Shown here one piece after another: positions 10,301-22,699 of a stretch of DNA of 40,442 nucleotides. The stretch lies in assembly GCA_002269645.1 (NCBI GenBank), contig NIVC01000523.1, positions 1-40,442 of the forward strand, read 5' to 3'. Numbering within the stretch: position 1 is the stretch's first letter; each line of letters begins with the position of its first letter. Origin of the DNA: Macrostomum lignano (lineage: Eukaryota). The notes beneath the pieces were generated by a model. The model was not told where the DNA came from. It made no database searches and saw nothing but the letters and a program-made list of their open reading frames with translations. A program made the position numbers and the translations under genes.

Positions 10301-12655
10301 CTCAGATTGCATTCGTTCCGGCTGGCAATTTCACTCCAGCTGATTCGGTATCATCAAAGACTCACATTGTACCGTTGAGTTTGTACGGCAAAGTGTACAA
10401 TGTGTACGCTTACAGCTTCCTGTGCTACGGTAAAGCTGAAGCTGAAAACAGGATGCTGGCTAGCGTTATTGCTAATGCTGGCTATAATAGTTCGGCTGTC
10501 ATAAATACGCCTTGTTGGCAGGTAAGCATTTTTATGGGTCTGCTTCTAAAGCATTGGATGCTTTATAGCCCTGAAGTATCGGATGTTTTATAGCCCTGAA
10601 GTATCAGATGCTTTATAGCCCTGAAGTATCGGATGTTTCATAGCCCTGAAGTATCAGATGTTTTATAGCCCTGAAGTATCGGATGTTTTTAGCCCTGGAG
10701 TATCGGGGGGTTTTGTAGCCCTGGAGTATCGGATGTTTTTTAGCCCTGGAGTATCGGGGGGTTTTGTAGCCCTGAAGTATCGGAGGTTTCAGTAGCCTGA
10801 AGTATCGGCGGTTTCAGTAGCCTGAAGTATTGGAAGTTTCAGTAGCCTGAAGTATCGGAGGTTTCAGTAGCCTGAAGTGTCGTATCGGCGGTTTCAGTAG
10901 CCTGAAGTATCGGCGGTTTCAGTAGCCTGAAGTATCGGAGGTTTCAGTAGCCTGAAGTATCGGAGGTTTCAGTAGCCAGAAGTATCGGAGGTTTCAGTAG
11001 CCTGAAGTATCTCAGGTTCAGTAGCCTGAAGTATCGGCGGTTTCAGTAGCCTGAAGTATCGCAGGTTTCAGTAGCCTGAAGTATTGGAAGTTTCAGTAGC
11101 CTGAAGTATCGGAGGTTTCAGTAGCCTAAAGTATTGGAAGTTTCAGAACCCAGAAGTGTTTTATAGAAGTTTTTATAGCCCTTAATTATAGATGGTTTCA
11201 GCGCTCTGAAGTATCAGATCAGAGTGATGATCGTGCACCACTCCCCCATACCACGCAGGCTGACTACACAGCAACTGTCCGAGCAACTGACGTATTTCAA
11301 CGTCCCTGCTCTGATCGATGGCAGCTGCAGCCTCCGCCGCCTCCGCCATCAGTTCTTGCTAGACTCAATTTCACAATTCGGGGCACTGGCAGCTATGAGA
11401 ACTGCTCAAAATTAGTTGGTAAATTTTTCAACGCCACCTGCGATCAGAGCACATGCTCGTTTAATGACGTTTTCCAACCGGCGCCCGCTGGCAAGTTTGT
11501 GGCATTCTCCGGCTTCTACTATGTGGCGTCATTTTTCAACGCTAGTAATATTGGATCCGACCGAATGCAGTTTGTTAATGCTGTGAGAGCCTTCTGCCAG
11601 AAGAGATATGTGGCATCCATTGGCTATAGCGATAGCTTCCTGAGATGGTACTGCTTTGATGGAGTGTACGTTCTGTCGTTATTGAATGCCTATGGATTCA
11701 ATGAGACTAACTGGGGTCTGCTTGAGTTTGAGGACTCGGTATGTTTGGGGGGGTTTTATACATATTTTTTTCTGGGATAATGGGATTTTAATAATAGGGT
11801 TACCTTGAGTCGAATAGGAGAATTTATGAGGATTTTAATAATGAGCCCACCTTGGGTCTAATGGGAATTTGAGGATTTAAATTATGAGTCCACCTTGAGT
11901 CGAATGGGGGAATGGGGAATTTAATAGTGAGTCCACCTTGAGTCGATTGGGAGAATTTATGAGGATTTTAATAATGAGTCCACCTTGAGTCGATTGGGAG
12001 AATGAGGATTTTAATAATGAGTCCACCTTAAGTCGATTGGGAGAATGAGGATTTTAGTAATGAGTCCACCTTAAGTCGATTGGTAGAATAAGGATTTTAA
12101 TAATGAGTCCACCTTGAGTCAATTGGGAGAACGGGTAATTTAATAATGAGTCCACCTTGAGTCAATTGGGAGAACGGGTAACTTAATAATGAGTCCACCT
12201 TAAGCTTCTGTAGTTGAGGTACCAGCACTTAAAATAACTATTCTAGCTAACTTTTTTACACAAAAATTTAATGCATGCTGCTATTTGTAATAATTAATTT
12301 TAGATTACTGTCAATCATTCTACAAGTGCAGGCGAACAGGTAAGGCTGGCACAAAAATTATAATTTGTGGACTTTATTGTTTCTTTATAATGTTTAATTT
12401 TAACAAAATTAATTTGGTGTTTAAAATTTCTCAAATCTTTTGTCAGGCCACGTCAGCTAACAAAGTGGGCTGGTCGCTTGGCTACACGATACTTCAGTCC
12501 GGTCTGATACCCGCCGAATCGCCTCTGATGTCGCTCTCGCTCCCATGTTTATCATTCTGTTGATAATGTTCGCCGCATTCTTGGGATTTGCCGTGCTGTT
12601 CGGTTGTTTGGGTAGGCGAGTTAAACAGCGAGCTCAAGGCTATGTGACTATCTGA
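7378..12655 (+). CDS. GDA1/CD39-family ectonucleoside triphosphate diphosphohydrolase (NTPDase/apyrase), 7 exons; 5' exon unresolved
   Basis: Exons 7378-7526 (TM1), 8431-8548 (ACR1 YGVIIDAGSSSSKVY), 8631-8766 (ACR2 GATAGMR), 9953-10112 (ACR3 ITGAEEAVGAW), 10249-10521 (ACR4 DLGGASTQ; YSFLCYG), 11259-11738 (FVAFSGFYY, YCFDGVYV) and 12447-12655 (ACR5 VGWSLG, TM2). All junctions are GT-AG and phase-compatible. One missing base near 12543 shifts the TM2 frame. Confidence 0.92.
7555..8380. repeat. Minisatellite in NTPDase intron, 31-bp units grading into 33-bp units
   Basis: GTTTCGGTTTGGGATGTCACTGATTCCAGCT (31 bp) to ~7990, then GTGTGTTTAGAATGTCACTGATTCCAGATCTCT (33 bp). Confidence 0.95.
8850..9900. 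repeat. Minisatellite in NTPDase intron, 28/32-bp units
   Basis: GTTGCTGGGCCAGCCTCC(ATCC)CAGATCCTCG repeated. Confidence 0.95.
10555..11220. repeat. Minisatellite in NTPDase intron, ~25-bp units
   Basis: TAGCCCTGAAGTATCGGATGTTTTA grading to TAGCCTGAAGTATCGGAGGTTTCAG. Confidence 0.95.
11780..12205. repeat. Minisatellite in NTPDase intron, ~43-47-bp units
   Basis: AATGAGGATTTTAATAATGAGTCCACCTT(A/G)AGTCGATTGGGAG repeated; period 43 at 12001/12044. Confidence 0.9.
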
Positions 12656-12726
12656 TCGTTGACTATTTTTGAGTCAGAAAAGTGATTATTTCGTTTTTAT
12701 GCATGGCTTGATCACGATAGGCACTT

Positions 12727-13640
12727 AACCTGAATAGCCCTGAAATATCCCACCTGAATAGCCCTGAAATATCCCACCTGAATAGCCCTGAAATATCCAA
12801 TCTGAATAGCCCTGAAGTATCCCATCTGAATAGCCCTGAAGTATCCCACCTAAATAGCCCTGAAGTATCCCATCTGAATAGCCCTGAAGTATCCCACCTG
12901 AATAGCCCTGACTTATCCCACCTGAATAGCCCTGACTTATCCCACCTGAATAGCCCTGACTTATCCCACCTGAATAGCCTGAAGTATCCCATCTGAATAG
13001 CCCTGAAGTATCCCATCTGAATAGCCCTAAAGTATCCCATCTGCATAGCCCTGAAGTATCCCACCTGAATAGCCCTGACTTATCCCACCTAAATAGCCCT
13101 GAAGTATCCCATCTGAATAGCCCTGAAGTATCCCACCTGAATAGCCCTGACTTATCCCACCTGAATAGCCCTGAAGTATCCCATCTGAATAGCCCTGACT
13201 TATCCCACCTGAATAGCCCTGACTTATCCCACCTGAATAGCCCTGACTTATCCCACCTGAATAGCCCCGACTTATCCCACCTGAATAGCCCTGACTTATC
13301 CCACCTGAATAGCCCTGACTTATCCCACCTGAATAGCCCTGAAATATCCCTAGCCCTGAAGTATCCCATCTGAATAGCCCTGAAATATCCCTAGCCCTGA
13401 AGTATCCCACCTGAATAGCCCTGAAATATCCCTAGCCCTGAAGTATCCCACCTGAATAGCCCTGAAGTATCCCATCTGAATAGCCCTGACTTATCCCACC
13501 TGAATAGCCCTGACTTATCCCACCTGAATAGCCCTGAAATATCCCTAGCCCTGAAGTATCCCATCTGAATAGCCCTGAATTATCCTATCTGAATTGCCCT
13601 GAAGTGTCCCACCAAAATAGCCCTGAAGTATCCCACCTGT
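12727..13640. repeat. Minisatellite, 24-bp units, downstream of the NTPDase stop
   Basis: CCTGAATAGCCCTGA(AG/AA/CT)TATCCCA repeated. Confidence 0.95.
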
Positions 13641-13894
13641 ATTAAGTTTTTATAATCACTTTGCTTTGCGGTATTTAATTTTTTTGTAATTTAGTTTCAT
13701 ACTTGAATTTGTTCTTTTTCAAAATAAGTATACTGCGCTGGTTACACTAATTGCATGCGATACCAACCAAACTTTCAGATTATGAGTTCCGCAATTAAGA
13801 ATATTATATTGGCGCCAAACTTTTTAACGGTAACCACTTCTTTTCTTCAATAATCTGTAGGATTTAAACCATCAACATCCAATAATGTCTAAAA

Positions 13895-14140
13895 TTGCCC
13901 TACAATCATGTCTTGAACCGCCATACAATCATGTCTTGAATCACCCTACAATCATGTCTGGAATCGCCCTACAATCATGTCTGGAATCGCCCTACAATCA
14001 TGTCTGGAATCGCCCTACAATCATGTCTGGAATCGCCCTACAATCATGTCTGGAATCGCCCTACAATCATGTCTGGAATCGCCCTACAATCATGTCTGGA
14101 ATCGCCCTACAATCATGTCTTGAATCGCCCTGTAATTCTG
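13895..14140. repeat. Minisatellite, 23-bp units
   Basis: TCATGTCTGGAATCGCCCTACAA repeated about 10 times. Confidence 0.95.
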
Positions 14141-14699
14141 CCTAGAGTTGCCTTTCTACAAAAGCTCGGAAAAAGCATCGATTCGATTTGCGACTCTTCA
14201 AAGCTTAGTTCATAATTTTTTCATGCTCATTCTTTACATTCCCTCAACTTGTAAAATACTTAATTGATAATTGGCACAGTTGTCATTTTCAATATCCCAT
14301 GCGCGGTCCGTTGATGATTTATTATTTAGCACACTCCTAATTTTTCATGAGTGATATTCTTTTAAGTTTTTTATTGTTATGCCATTTGCGAGTCTCATCC
14401 TTTTGTTTTTTTGCTTGTGAACCGTTTCTATTTTTCATTGATCAATCCATATACTAAAAATGGTCTGTCTGTGTCTATGTGATTGATTCGAAGAAAAAAT
14501 TGGTAGGGCATCATCACTAATATAAATATACAGAATGTACCTAAAATAATCGTATTGCTGAATCATTTGATTTTCCTAGTAAGTTATTTGATGATTTTAT
14601 TTAAAAGTTAACTTAAAAAATTGGCCCCTAAAATTTATTTACCAAAAATTTTGAATCATACCAAAATTGTCCATTTATACTGTGCACTTTAGAATTAGT

Positions 14700-15505
14700 C
14701 TTCAAGCCCGTTTCTATTAAAAACCGGCCTTCAAATCCGTAGCCAATGAAAATCGGCCTTCATATCAAGACCCCCTTAAAATTCAGTCTTCCAATCGAGA
14801 CCCCTTGAGAATCGGCCTTCAAATCCAGGCACCCTAAGAATCGGCCTTCAAATCCAGACCCCCTCAAAAATCGGCCGTCAAATCCAGCCCCCCCCCCTAA
14901 GAATCGGCCTTCAAATCCAGCCCCGCTAAGAATCGGCCTTCAAATCCAGACCCCTCAAAAATCGGCCTTCAAATCCAGCCCCTCCCCTAAGAATCGGCCT
15001 TCAAATCCAGACCCCCAAGAATCGGCCTTCAAATCCACCCCCCCCCCTAAGAATCGGCCTTCAAACCCAGCCCCCTAACAATCGGCCTTCAAATCCAGAC
15101 CATTAAGAATCGGCCTTCAAATCCAGACCATTAAGAATCGGCCTTCAAATCCAGCCCCCCCTAACAATCGGCCTTCAAATCCAGACCCCCTAAGAATCGG
15201 CCTTCAAATCCACCCCCCCTTAAGAATCGGCCTTCAAATCCAGACCCCCTCAAAAATCGGCCTTCAAATCCACCCCCCCCTAAGAATCGGCCTTCAAATC
15301 CAGACCCCCCCCAAGAATCGGCTTTCAAATCCAGACCCCCCCCCCAAGAATCGGCCTTCAAATCCAGCCCCCCTAACAATCGGCCTTCAAATCCAGCCCC
15401 CCTAACAATCGGCCTTCAAATCCAGACCCCCGTAAGAATCGGCCTTCAAATCCACCCCCCTTAAGAATCGGTATTCAAATCCAGACCCCTCGAAAATCGG
15501 CCTAC
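14700..15505. repeat. Minisatellite, ~28-32-bp units with variable C-run
   Basis: TAAGAATCGGCCTTCAAATCCAG(A)C(n) repeated; the C-run length varies between units. Confidence 0.95.
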
Positions 15506-15580
15506 AAAAGCAGATCTATTATAAAGACAAAGCGATTTTTTTAAATAAAAAAAACTGTAACCAACTTTTAACACTTTCAG

Positions 15581-18500
15581 GAAACGAAATCAAAGCATCA
15601 TCAGCATTATCGCGACAGAGATCGCGTGGACAGAGACAGAGACAGGGATAAAACTAGAGACAGAGATCGTGACAGTCAAAGTGGCAGGCGTCGCGAAGAT
15701 CGAAAGCATCATCGCCATGGCGATGAGGTAGAGAAGCACAGAAAATCGAGACACAGACGGAAGTCCTCCAGCAGCAGCAGCAGCAGTTCGTCCTCGTCAG
15801 ATGATTCTCCAGCCAGACAGAAATCTGAAAAGCAGTCCAGCGGCGCCTCTATTGAAGAGCGTCGTCGGGTGAAAGCGCTGCTCAAAGCTGCCGAGACGCC
15901 CGAGCAGAAGCGGGCCCGTCGGTTAGCTAAGAAGGCGGCTAAGTCGGAACGATGGCGTCGGGAACTGGGCTGGGAGGGCGACTACACGGATATAGATAAT
16001 CCGTTTGGCGACGAGAAGCTCACGCAGACTTTCGTTTGGCATAAGAAACTGCAACGCGAGGGCGGCACTATGGCCGACGTGGAGAGAAAAGCGGCTGAGA
16101 ATCGGGCTGAGCTCGAAAAGGTTTTGTTTTGGGTTCATTGTTTAAGTCATTGTTTGGTTATCTGAGTCATAATTCTACTTCAAAATTCTAGTCATTGACG
16201 TCATAGATCAGTGATTGAAGTCATTGATCAGTCATTGAAGTCATTGATCAGTCCTTGAAGTCATAGATCAGTCATTGATCAGTCCTTGAAGTCATAGATC
16301 AGTCATTGATCAGTCCTTGAAGTCATAGATCGGTCATTGATCAGTCATTGAAGTCATAGATCGGTCATTGATCAGTCATTGAAGTCATAGATCGGTCATT
16401 GATCAGTCCTTTAAGTCATAGATCGGTCATTGATCAGTCATTGAAGTCATAGATCGGTCATTGATCAGTCATTGAAGTCATAGATCGGTCATTGATCAGT
16501 CATTGAAGTCATAGATCGGTCATTGATCAGTCCTTTAAGTCATAGATCGGTCATTGATCAGTCATTGAAGTCATAGATCGGTCATTGATCAGTCATTGAA
16601 GTCATAGATCGGTCATTGATCAGTCCTTTAAGTCATAGATCGGTCATTGATCAGTCATTGAAGTCATAGATCGGTCATTGATCAGTCATTGAAGTCATAG
16701 ATCGGTCATTGATCAGTCCTTTAAGTCATAGATCGGTCATTGATCAGTCATTGAAGTCATAGATCGGTCATTGATCAGTCATTGAAGTCATAGATCGGTC
16801 ATTGATCAGTCCTTTAAGTCATAGATCGGTCATTGATCAGTCATTGAAGTCATAGATCGGTCATTGATCAGTCATTGAAGTCATAGATCGGTCATTGATC
16901 AGTCATTGAAGTCATAGATCAGTCATTGATCAGTCATTGATCAGTCATTGAAGTCATAGATCGGTCATTGATCAGTCATTGAAGTCATAGATCGGTCATT
17001 GATCAGTCATTGAAGTCATAGATCGGTCATTGATCAGTCATTGAAGTCATAGATCAGTCATTGATCAGTCATTGATCAGTCATTGAAGTCATAGATCGGT
17101 CATTGATCAGTCATTGAAGTCATAGATCGGTCATTGATCAGTCATTGAAGTCATAGATCGGTCATTGATCAGTCATTGAAGTCATAGATCAGTCATAGAT
17201 CAGTCATTGAAGTCATAGATCGGTCACTGGTGTGTCATCACATGCTCATTAGGATCATTGCTATAGCTTTATCCTATTCCCCAAACAAACCGCAGGTCCG
17301 CGAGCGTTGCCGTCAGAACGAGCTGGAACGCGAGGCCCGGCTGAAGGAGCAGGAGCAGGAGCAGCGCGATCGCGAGTCTGAGAACTTTCGCCAGTGGTGG
17401 CAGCAGGAGGACGCGTTCCACTTGAAGCAGGCGCGGGCCAGATCGGCCATCCGCATAGCCGAAGGCCGCGCCAAGCCCATCGACCTGCTGGGCAGGTATG
17501 CCGAGGCTTTGCAAAGAATCTCTGGTATTAAAATTAAACGCGATGACGGGGCGGACGACAATGATGACGAATTTGATGAAGACGAGAGTCTGGCTTTCTT
17601 AGACGCCCATTCGCCGGACGCCCTGCTCACCGGCTTGAGCGTTGACGATCTCGAGGATTTAAAAGTCGATATCGGCGTCTATCAGAAATTGGAACGGCAG
17701 AGCGGCTTAACCGAAGGCGCCTGTCGGGACAGCGAGACTTTCTGGAGCTGCGTAGCTCTGCTAGTTCAGCACGCTCTGGATAGCAAGAGTGCACCGGCCG
17801 CCAGCTCCGCCACGGCTGCCGTTGCTGACAGAATCGACGCCGTCATCAGGGGCAAGTCGGCCAGCCAGTTGGCCGCTCTGGAAGACTCGGTGTCCGCCAG
17901 AATCTGCGCGGCCGGACCGGGCACCGATCTGGCCTACTGGGAGGAGATGGTGGACAAAGTTAAAGTGGCCAAGGCGAAGGCTACGCTGCAGGAGTTGCAT
18001 AAAGTGCTGCTGCGTAGGCGAATGCAGAGACTGCAGGTTAGTAGGTTTGATAGAATCTTCATCTTCATTTAATACCTTAACTAGCGCTAATCCCCAATCG
18101 GAACTACCCCGCTAATCCATACCCGGAAACCCGATGAAAACTCTAGCGCTCCAACGATTCTAGCGCTTATTTTTATGGTAGATCGTTTTCAACTGGAAAT
18201 ACCCCCTGATCCTCATCAGGAAATACCCCACTGATCCTCATCTGGAAATACCCCACTGATCCTCATCTGGAAATACCCCACTGATCCTCATCAGGAAATA
18301 CCCCGCTGATCCTCATCAGGAAATACTCCACTGATCCCTGTCCGGAAATACCCCCCTGATCCTCATCAGGAAATACCCCACTGATCCTCATCAGGAAATA
18401 CCCCGCTGATCCTCATCAGGAAATACTCCACTGATCCCTGTCCGGAAATACCCCCCTGATCCTCATCAGGAAATACCCCACTGATCCTCATCAGGAAATA

Positions 18501-21500
18501 CCCGCTGATCCCCATCAGGAAATACCCCACTGATCCTCATCAGGAAATACCCCGCTGTTCCCTGTCCGGAAATACCCCGCTGATCCTCATCAGGAAATAC
18601 CCCACTGATCCTCATCTGGAAATACCCCACTGATCCTCATCAGGAAATACCCCGCTGATCCTCATCAGGAAATACTCCACTGATCCCTCTCCGGAAATAC
18701 CCCCCTGATCCTCATCAGGAAATACCCCACTGATCCTCATCAGGAAATACCCCACTGATCCTCATCAGGAAATACCCCACTGATCCTCATCAGGAAATAC
18801 CCCCCTGATCCTCATCAGGAAATACCCCACTGATCCTCATCAGGAAATACCCCACTGATCCTCATCAGGAAATACCCCGCTGATCCTCATCAGGAAATAC
18901 CCCGCTGATCCTCATCAGGAAATACCCCACTGATCCTCATCAGGAAACACCCCACTGATCCTCATCAGGAAATACCCCGCTGTTCCCTGTCCGGAAATAC
19001 CCCGCTAATCCTCATCAGGAAATACCCCACTGATCCTCATCAGGAAATACCCCGCTGATCCTCATCAGGAAATACCCCACTGATCCTCATCAGGAAATAC
19101 CCCACTGATCCTCATCAGGAAATACCCCGCTGATCCTCATCAGGAAATACCCCGCTGATCCTCATCAGGAAATACCCCGCTGATCCTCATCAGGAAATAC
19201 CCCGCTGTTCCCTGTCCGGAAATACCCCGCTGATCCTCATCAGGAAATACCCCACTGATCCTCATCAGGAAATACCCCACTGATCCCTGTCCGGAAATAC
19301 CCCGCTGATCCTCATCAGGAAATACCCCGCTGATCCTCATCAGTAAATACCCACTGATCCTCATCAGGAAATACCCCGCTGTTCCCTGTCCGGAAATACC
19401 CCGCTGATCCTCATCAGGAAATACTCCGCTGATCCTCATCAGGAAATACCCCACTGATCCTCATCAGGAAATACCCCGCTGTTCCCTGTCCGGAAATACC
19501 CCGCTAATCCTCATCAGGAAATACCCCACTGATCCTCATCAGGAAATACCCCACTGATCCCTGTCCGGAAATACCCCGCTGATCCTCATCAGGAAATACC
19601 CCGCTGATCCTCATCAGTAAATACCCACTGATCCTCATCAGGAAATACCCCGCTGTTCCCTGTCCGGAAATACCCCGCTGATCCTCATCAGGAAATACTC
19701 CGCTGATCCTCATCAGGAAATACCCCACTGATCCTCATCAGGAAATACCCCACTGATCCTCATCAGGAAATACCCCGCTGATCCTCATCAGGAAATACCC
19801 AGATAATCCCATCCAAAAATTCCCCCCTAATGTCCAACCGGAAATGCCCCGCTAATCCCTATCTAAAATACCCCTCACTTTGATTATAAAATCTAAAAAT
19901 ACCCCTAACCCCAGTCCAGGAGCACCCCTCTATACCAATTCCCGCCGTCAAAACACTCTAGGAGCGTCAGTCGGCCGACCAGGGAGCGGAAGTCGACGAC
20001 CCGGAAGTGGCAGCGGCGTCGGCCACGGCAGCGACGGCAACCAGCAGCGCCGCCTCCGAAGAAGGCGGCGGCGACACCGCCGAGTCAGCCGATGACGACG
20101 AGGCCGAGCAGCAGAGGCAGCAACAGCAAAAGCAGCAGCAGCAGCAGCAGCAGGCTCTTGATGCGTACGATTCTGGTCGATATTCGCCGGCAAAACTCGA
20201 TCCGGACACGGTCGCCGGTCAGATAGTGATCAACTGGAGCGAAGAGTCGGTCAGGCTGGAGCATCTCCGGCGTCAGGCTGGCGACGCGGCAGCGCCCGAG
20301 CCGGAAGAGAAAACCGAAGAGATTGCGGTGAAAACTCCCGGCCTGGCGGCCTGGTCAGACCGGCTGAAGCCAAAGAAGCCGCGGTATTTTAATCGGGTTA
20401 ATACCGGCTACAACTGGGGCGCTTATAATCGGACGCATTTCGATTCGGACAATCCGCCGCCGAAGATTGTGCAGGTGAGAGCGGAAACTAATGTAAATTT
20501 TTGTTTATTTTCGTTTTGATTAAAATCTACTGGTTGGCAAATTTACCTCAAGGAGAATCCAGCTCAGAATCCAGAGTCCAGCTCAGAATGCAGAGTCCAG
20601 CTCAGAATGCAGAATCCAGCTCAGAATGGGAAATCCAGCTCAGAATGCAGAATCCAGCTCAGAATGTGAAATCCAGCTCAGAATGCAGAATCCAGCTCAG
20701 AATCCAGCTCATAATGCAGAATCCAGCTCAGAATGCAGAATCCAGCTCAGAATGCAGAATCCAGCTCAGAATCCAGAATCCAGCTCAGAATGCAGAATCC
20801 AGCTCAGAATGCAGAATCCAGCTCAGAATGCAGATCCAGAATCCAGCTCAGAATCCAGAATCCAGCTCAGAATCCAGAATCCAGCTCAGAATGCAGATGC
20901 AGAATCCAGCTCAGAATCCAGAGTCCAGCTCAGAATCCAGAATCCAGCTCAGAATGCAGATCCAGAATCCAGCTCAGAATCCAGAGTCCAGCTCAGAATG
21001 CAGAGTCCAGCTCAGAATGCAGAATCCAGCTCAGAATGCAGAATCCAGCTCAGAATCCAGAATCCAGCTCAGAATGCAGAATTCAGCTCAGAATGCAGAG
21101 TCCAGCTCAGAATGCAGAATCCAGCTCAGAATCCAGAATCCAGCTCAGAATGCAGAATCCAGCTCAGAATCCAGAATCCAGCTCAGAATGCAGAATCCAG
21201 CTCAGAATGCAGAATCCAGCTCAGAATGCAGAGTCCAGCTCAGAATGCAGAATTCAGCTCAGAATGCAGAGTCCAGCTCAGAATGCAGAGTCCAGCTCAG
21301 AATCCAGCTCAGAATGCAGATGCAGAATCCAGCTCAGAATGCAGATGCAGAATCCAGCTCAGAATGCAGAATCCAGCTCAGAATCCAGAATCCAGCTCAG
21401 AATGCAGAATCCAGCTCAGAATGCAGAATCCAGTTCAGAATGCAGAATCCAGCTCAGAATGCAGAATTCAGCTCAGAATGCAGAATCCAGCTCAGAATGC

Positions 21501-22534
21501 AGAATCCAGCTCAGAATGCAGAATCCAGCTCAGAATGCAGAATCCAGCTCAGAATGCAGAATCCAGCTCAGAATGCAGAGTCCAGCTCAGAATGCAGAAT
21601 CCAGCTCAGAATGCAGAGTCCATCTCAGAATGCAGAATCCAGCTCAGAATGCAGAATCCAGCTCAGAATGCAGAGTCCAGCTCAGAATGCAGAATCCAGC
21701 TCAGAATGCAGAATCCAGCTCAGAATGCAGAATCCAGCTCAGAATGCAGAATCCAGGAAAGGAAAGGGAATAGAAGAGATAAGAAACAAGACAGGGTGAA
21801 AAGGGGGGAGACGATCTCAGAGAGAGGGGAGAGAGGGGAGTGGGGATAGGAGAAAGAGAAGAGACCAAAGCCTTGAGCGGGCTTTTGTAAAGTTTCAATG
21901 GACCCGAAGGCCGGATAGAGGCCTCTGCATTGCTTCAGTTCACCCAGCTGTAAAATGGGTGCCAGCACTAGCTGGGGTTATTGAGGGTGTGCGTGGCGAC
22001 CCCCCAGTCCTTGGACTGAACAGCCGTACGCAGCCTTCAGATGCGCCGCGCAATAGCTGCGGCTGAGCTGTCGGTTGCACATCTGGCCCAATTGGGGCAG
22101 GTGTAATCAAATGTTAATATTGTTATTATTTATACAGGTAGATAGTTATATTAAGCACAGGGTAGACAGACTGCTGGTGGACAGGTTAGTGAGATATTTT
22201 AGGACAGCTAGAGGGGCTGATAATGGACAGGTACCTAGACTCGAGTTCATAAGCCAAACCTCGCCTGTTAATCGCTCAGGGCTACAAGTTCAACATATTC
22301 TACCCGGATCTGCTGGACAAATCGAAGGCGCCCAGCTACAGCACCGAGCCATGCAAAGACGATCCGCAATTTGCCATCCTGCGCTTCACTGCTGGGCCGC
22401 CTTATGAAGACGTGGCTTTCAAAATTGTACGCAACGAATGGGACACATCGTTTAGGCACGGGTTCCGCTGCCAGTTTGTTAATAACACGTTCCAGTTGCA
22501 CTTTCATTTTCGTAGGAATCGCTACAGAAAGTAG
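15581..22534 (+). CDS. CACTIN: Splicing factor Cactin, 4 coding exons (~682 aa plus initiator Met)
   Basis: Exons 15581-16120 (RD/RS-rich, DNPFGDEKLTQTFVWHKK), 17296-18036 (Cactin_mid: EDAFHLKQARARSAIRIAEGRAKPIDLL), 19962-20474 (KPRYFNRVNTGYNW...HFDSDNPPPKIVQ) and 22280-22534 (CactinC: GYKFNIFYPDLLDK...AGPPYEDVAFKIV...FRCQF...HFRRNRYRK*). All three introns are GT-AG, phase 0. Confidence 0.96.
16190..17225. repeat. Minisatellite in Cactin intron 1, 31-bp units
   Basis: Unit = GTCATTGATCA + GTCATTGAA + GTCATAGATCG (11+9+11 bp sub-repeats). Confidence 0.95.
18195..19800. repeat. Minisatellite in Cactin intron 2, 25-bp units
   Basis: GGAAATACCCC(A/G)CTGATCCTCATCA with a recurring variant ...GTTCCCTGTCC. 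Confidence 0.95.
20555..21755. repeat. Minisatellite in Cactin intron 3, 19-bp units with +/-6 bp variants
   Basis: CAGAATCCAGCTCAGAATG repeated; built from CAGAAT/CCAGCT hexamers. Confidence 0.95.
21900..22030 (+). mobile_element. SINE-like fragment in Cactin intron 3
   Basis: TTCAGTTCACCCAGCTGTAAAATGGGTGCC (21934-21963) resembles the conserved central domain of CORE-type metazoan SINEs (CTCAGTxxxCCxxCTGTAAAATGGG). No clear tRNA head or TSD seen. Confidence 0.45.
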
Positions 22535-22699
22535 AACTGTTGCTTATCTCCGCGCTATTTGCATTGACGTTTGCGTTTATTATCTGATTCTACTACTGTT
22601 GTATCCGCGAATTTTAGTAGCAGGTAGCGAGTGTAAAATAATTTGCTGGGACATTTTTTTGCGATTGAGGACATTCTAGGGTTATAGATGATGTAAGCT

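Noticed and set aside
12663-13410. Minus-strand GYS/GLF-repeat ORFs resembling glycine-rich structural proteins
   Set aside because: 24-bp array translations; no signal peptide or splice context.
17269-18115. Minus-strand ORFs overlapping Cactin exon 2 (also 19948-20209, and + strand ORFs 28191-28908 and 29494-29833 over the GPCR)
   Set aside because: Antisense shadows of GC-rich real exons.
20501-21849. Three long + strand ORFs (346-432 aa, MQNPAQNAESSSEC...)
   Set aside because: Translations of the 19-bp array inside Cactin intron 3; open in all frames because the unit lacks stops.
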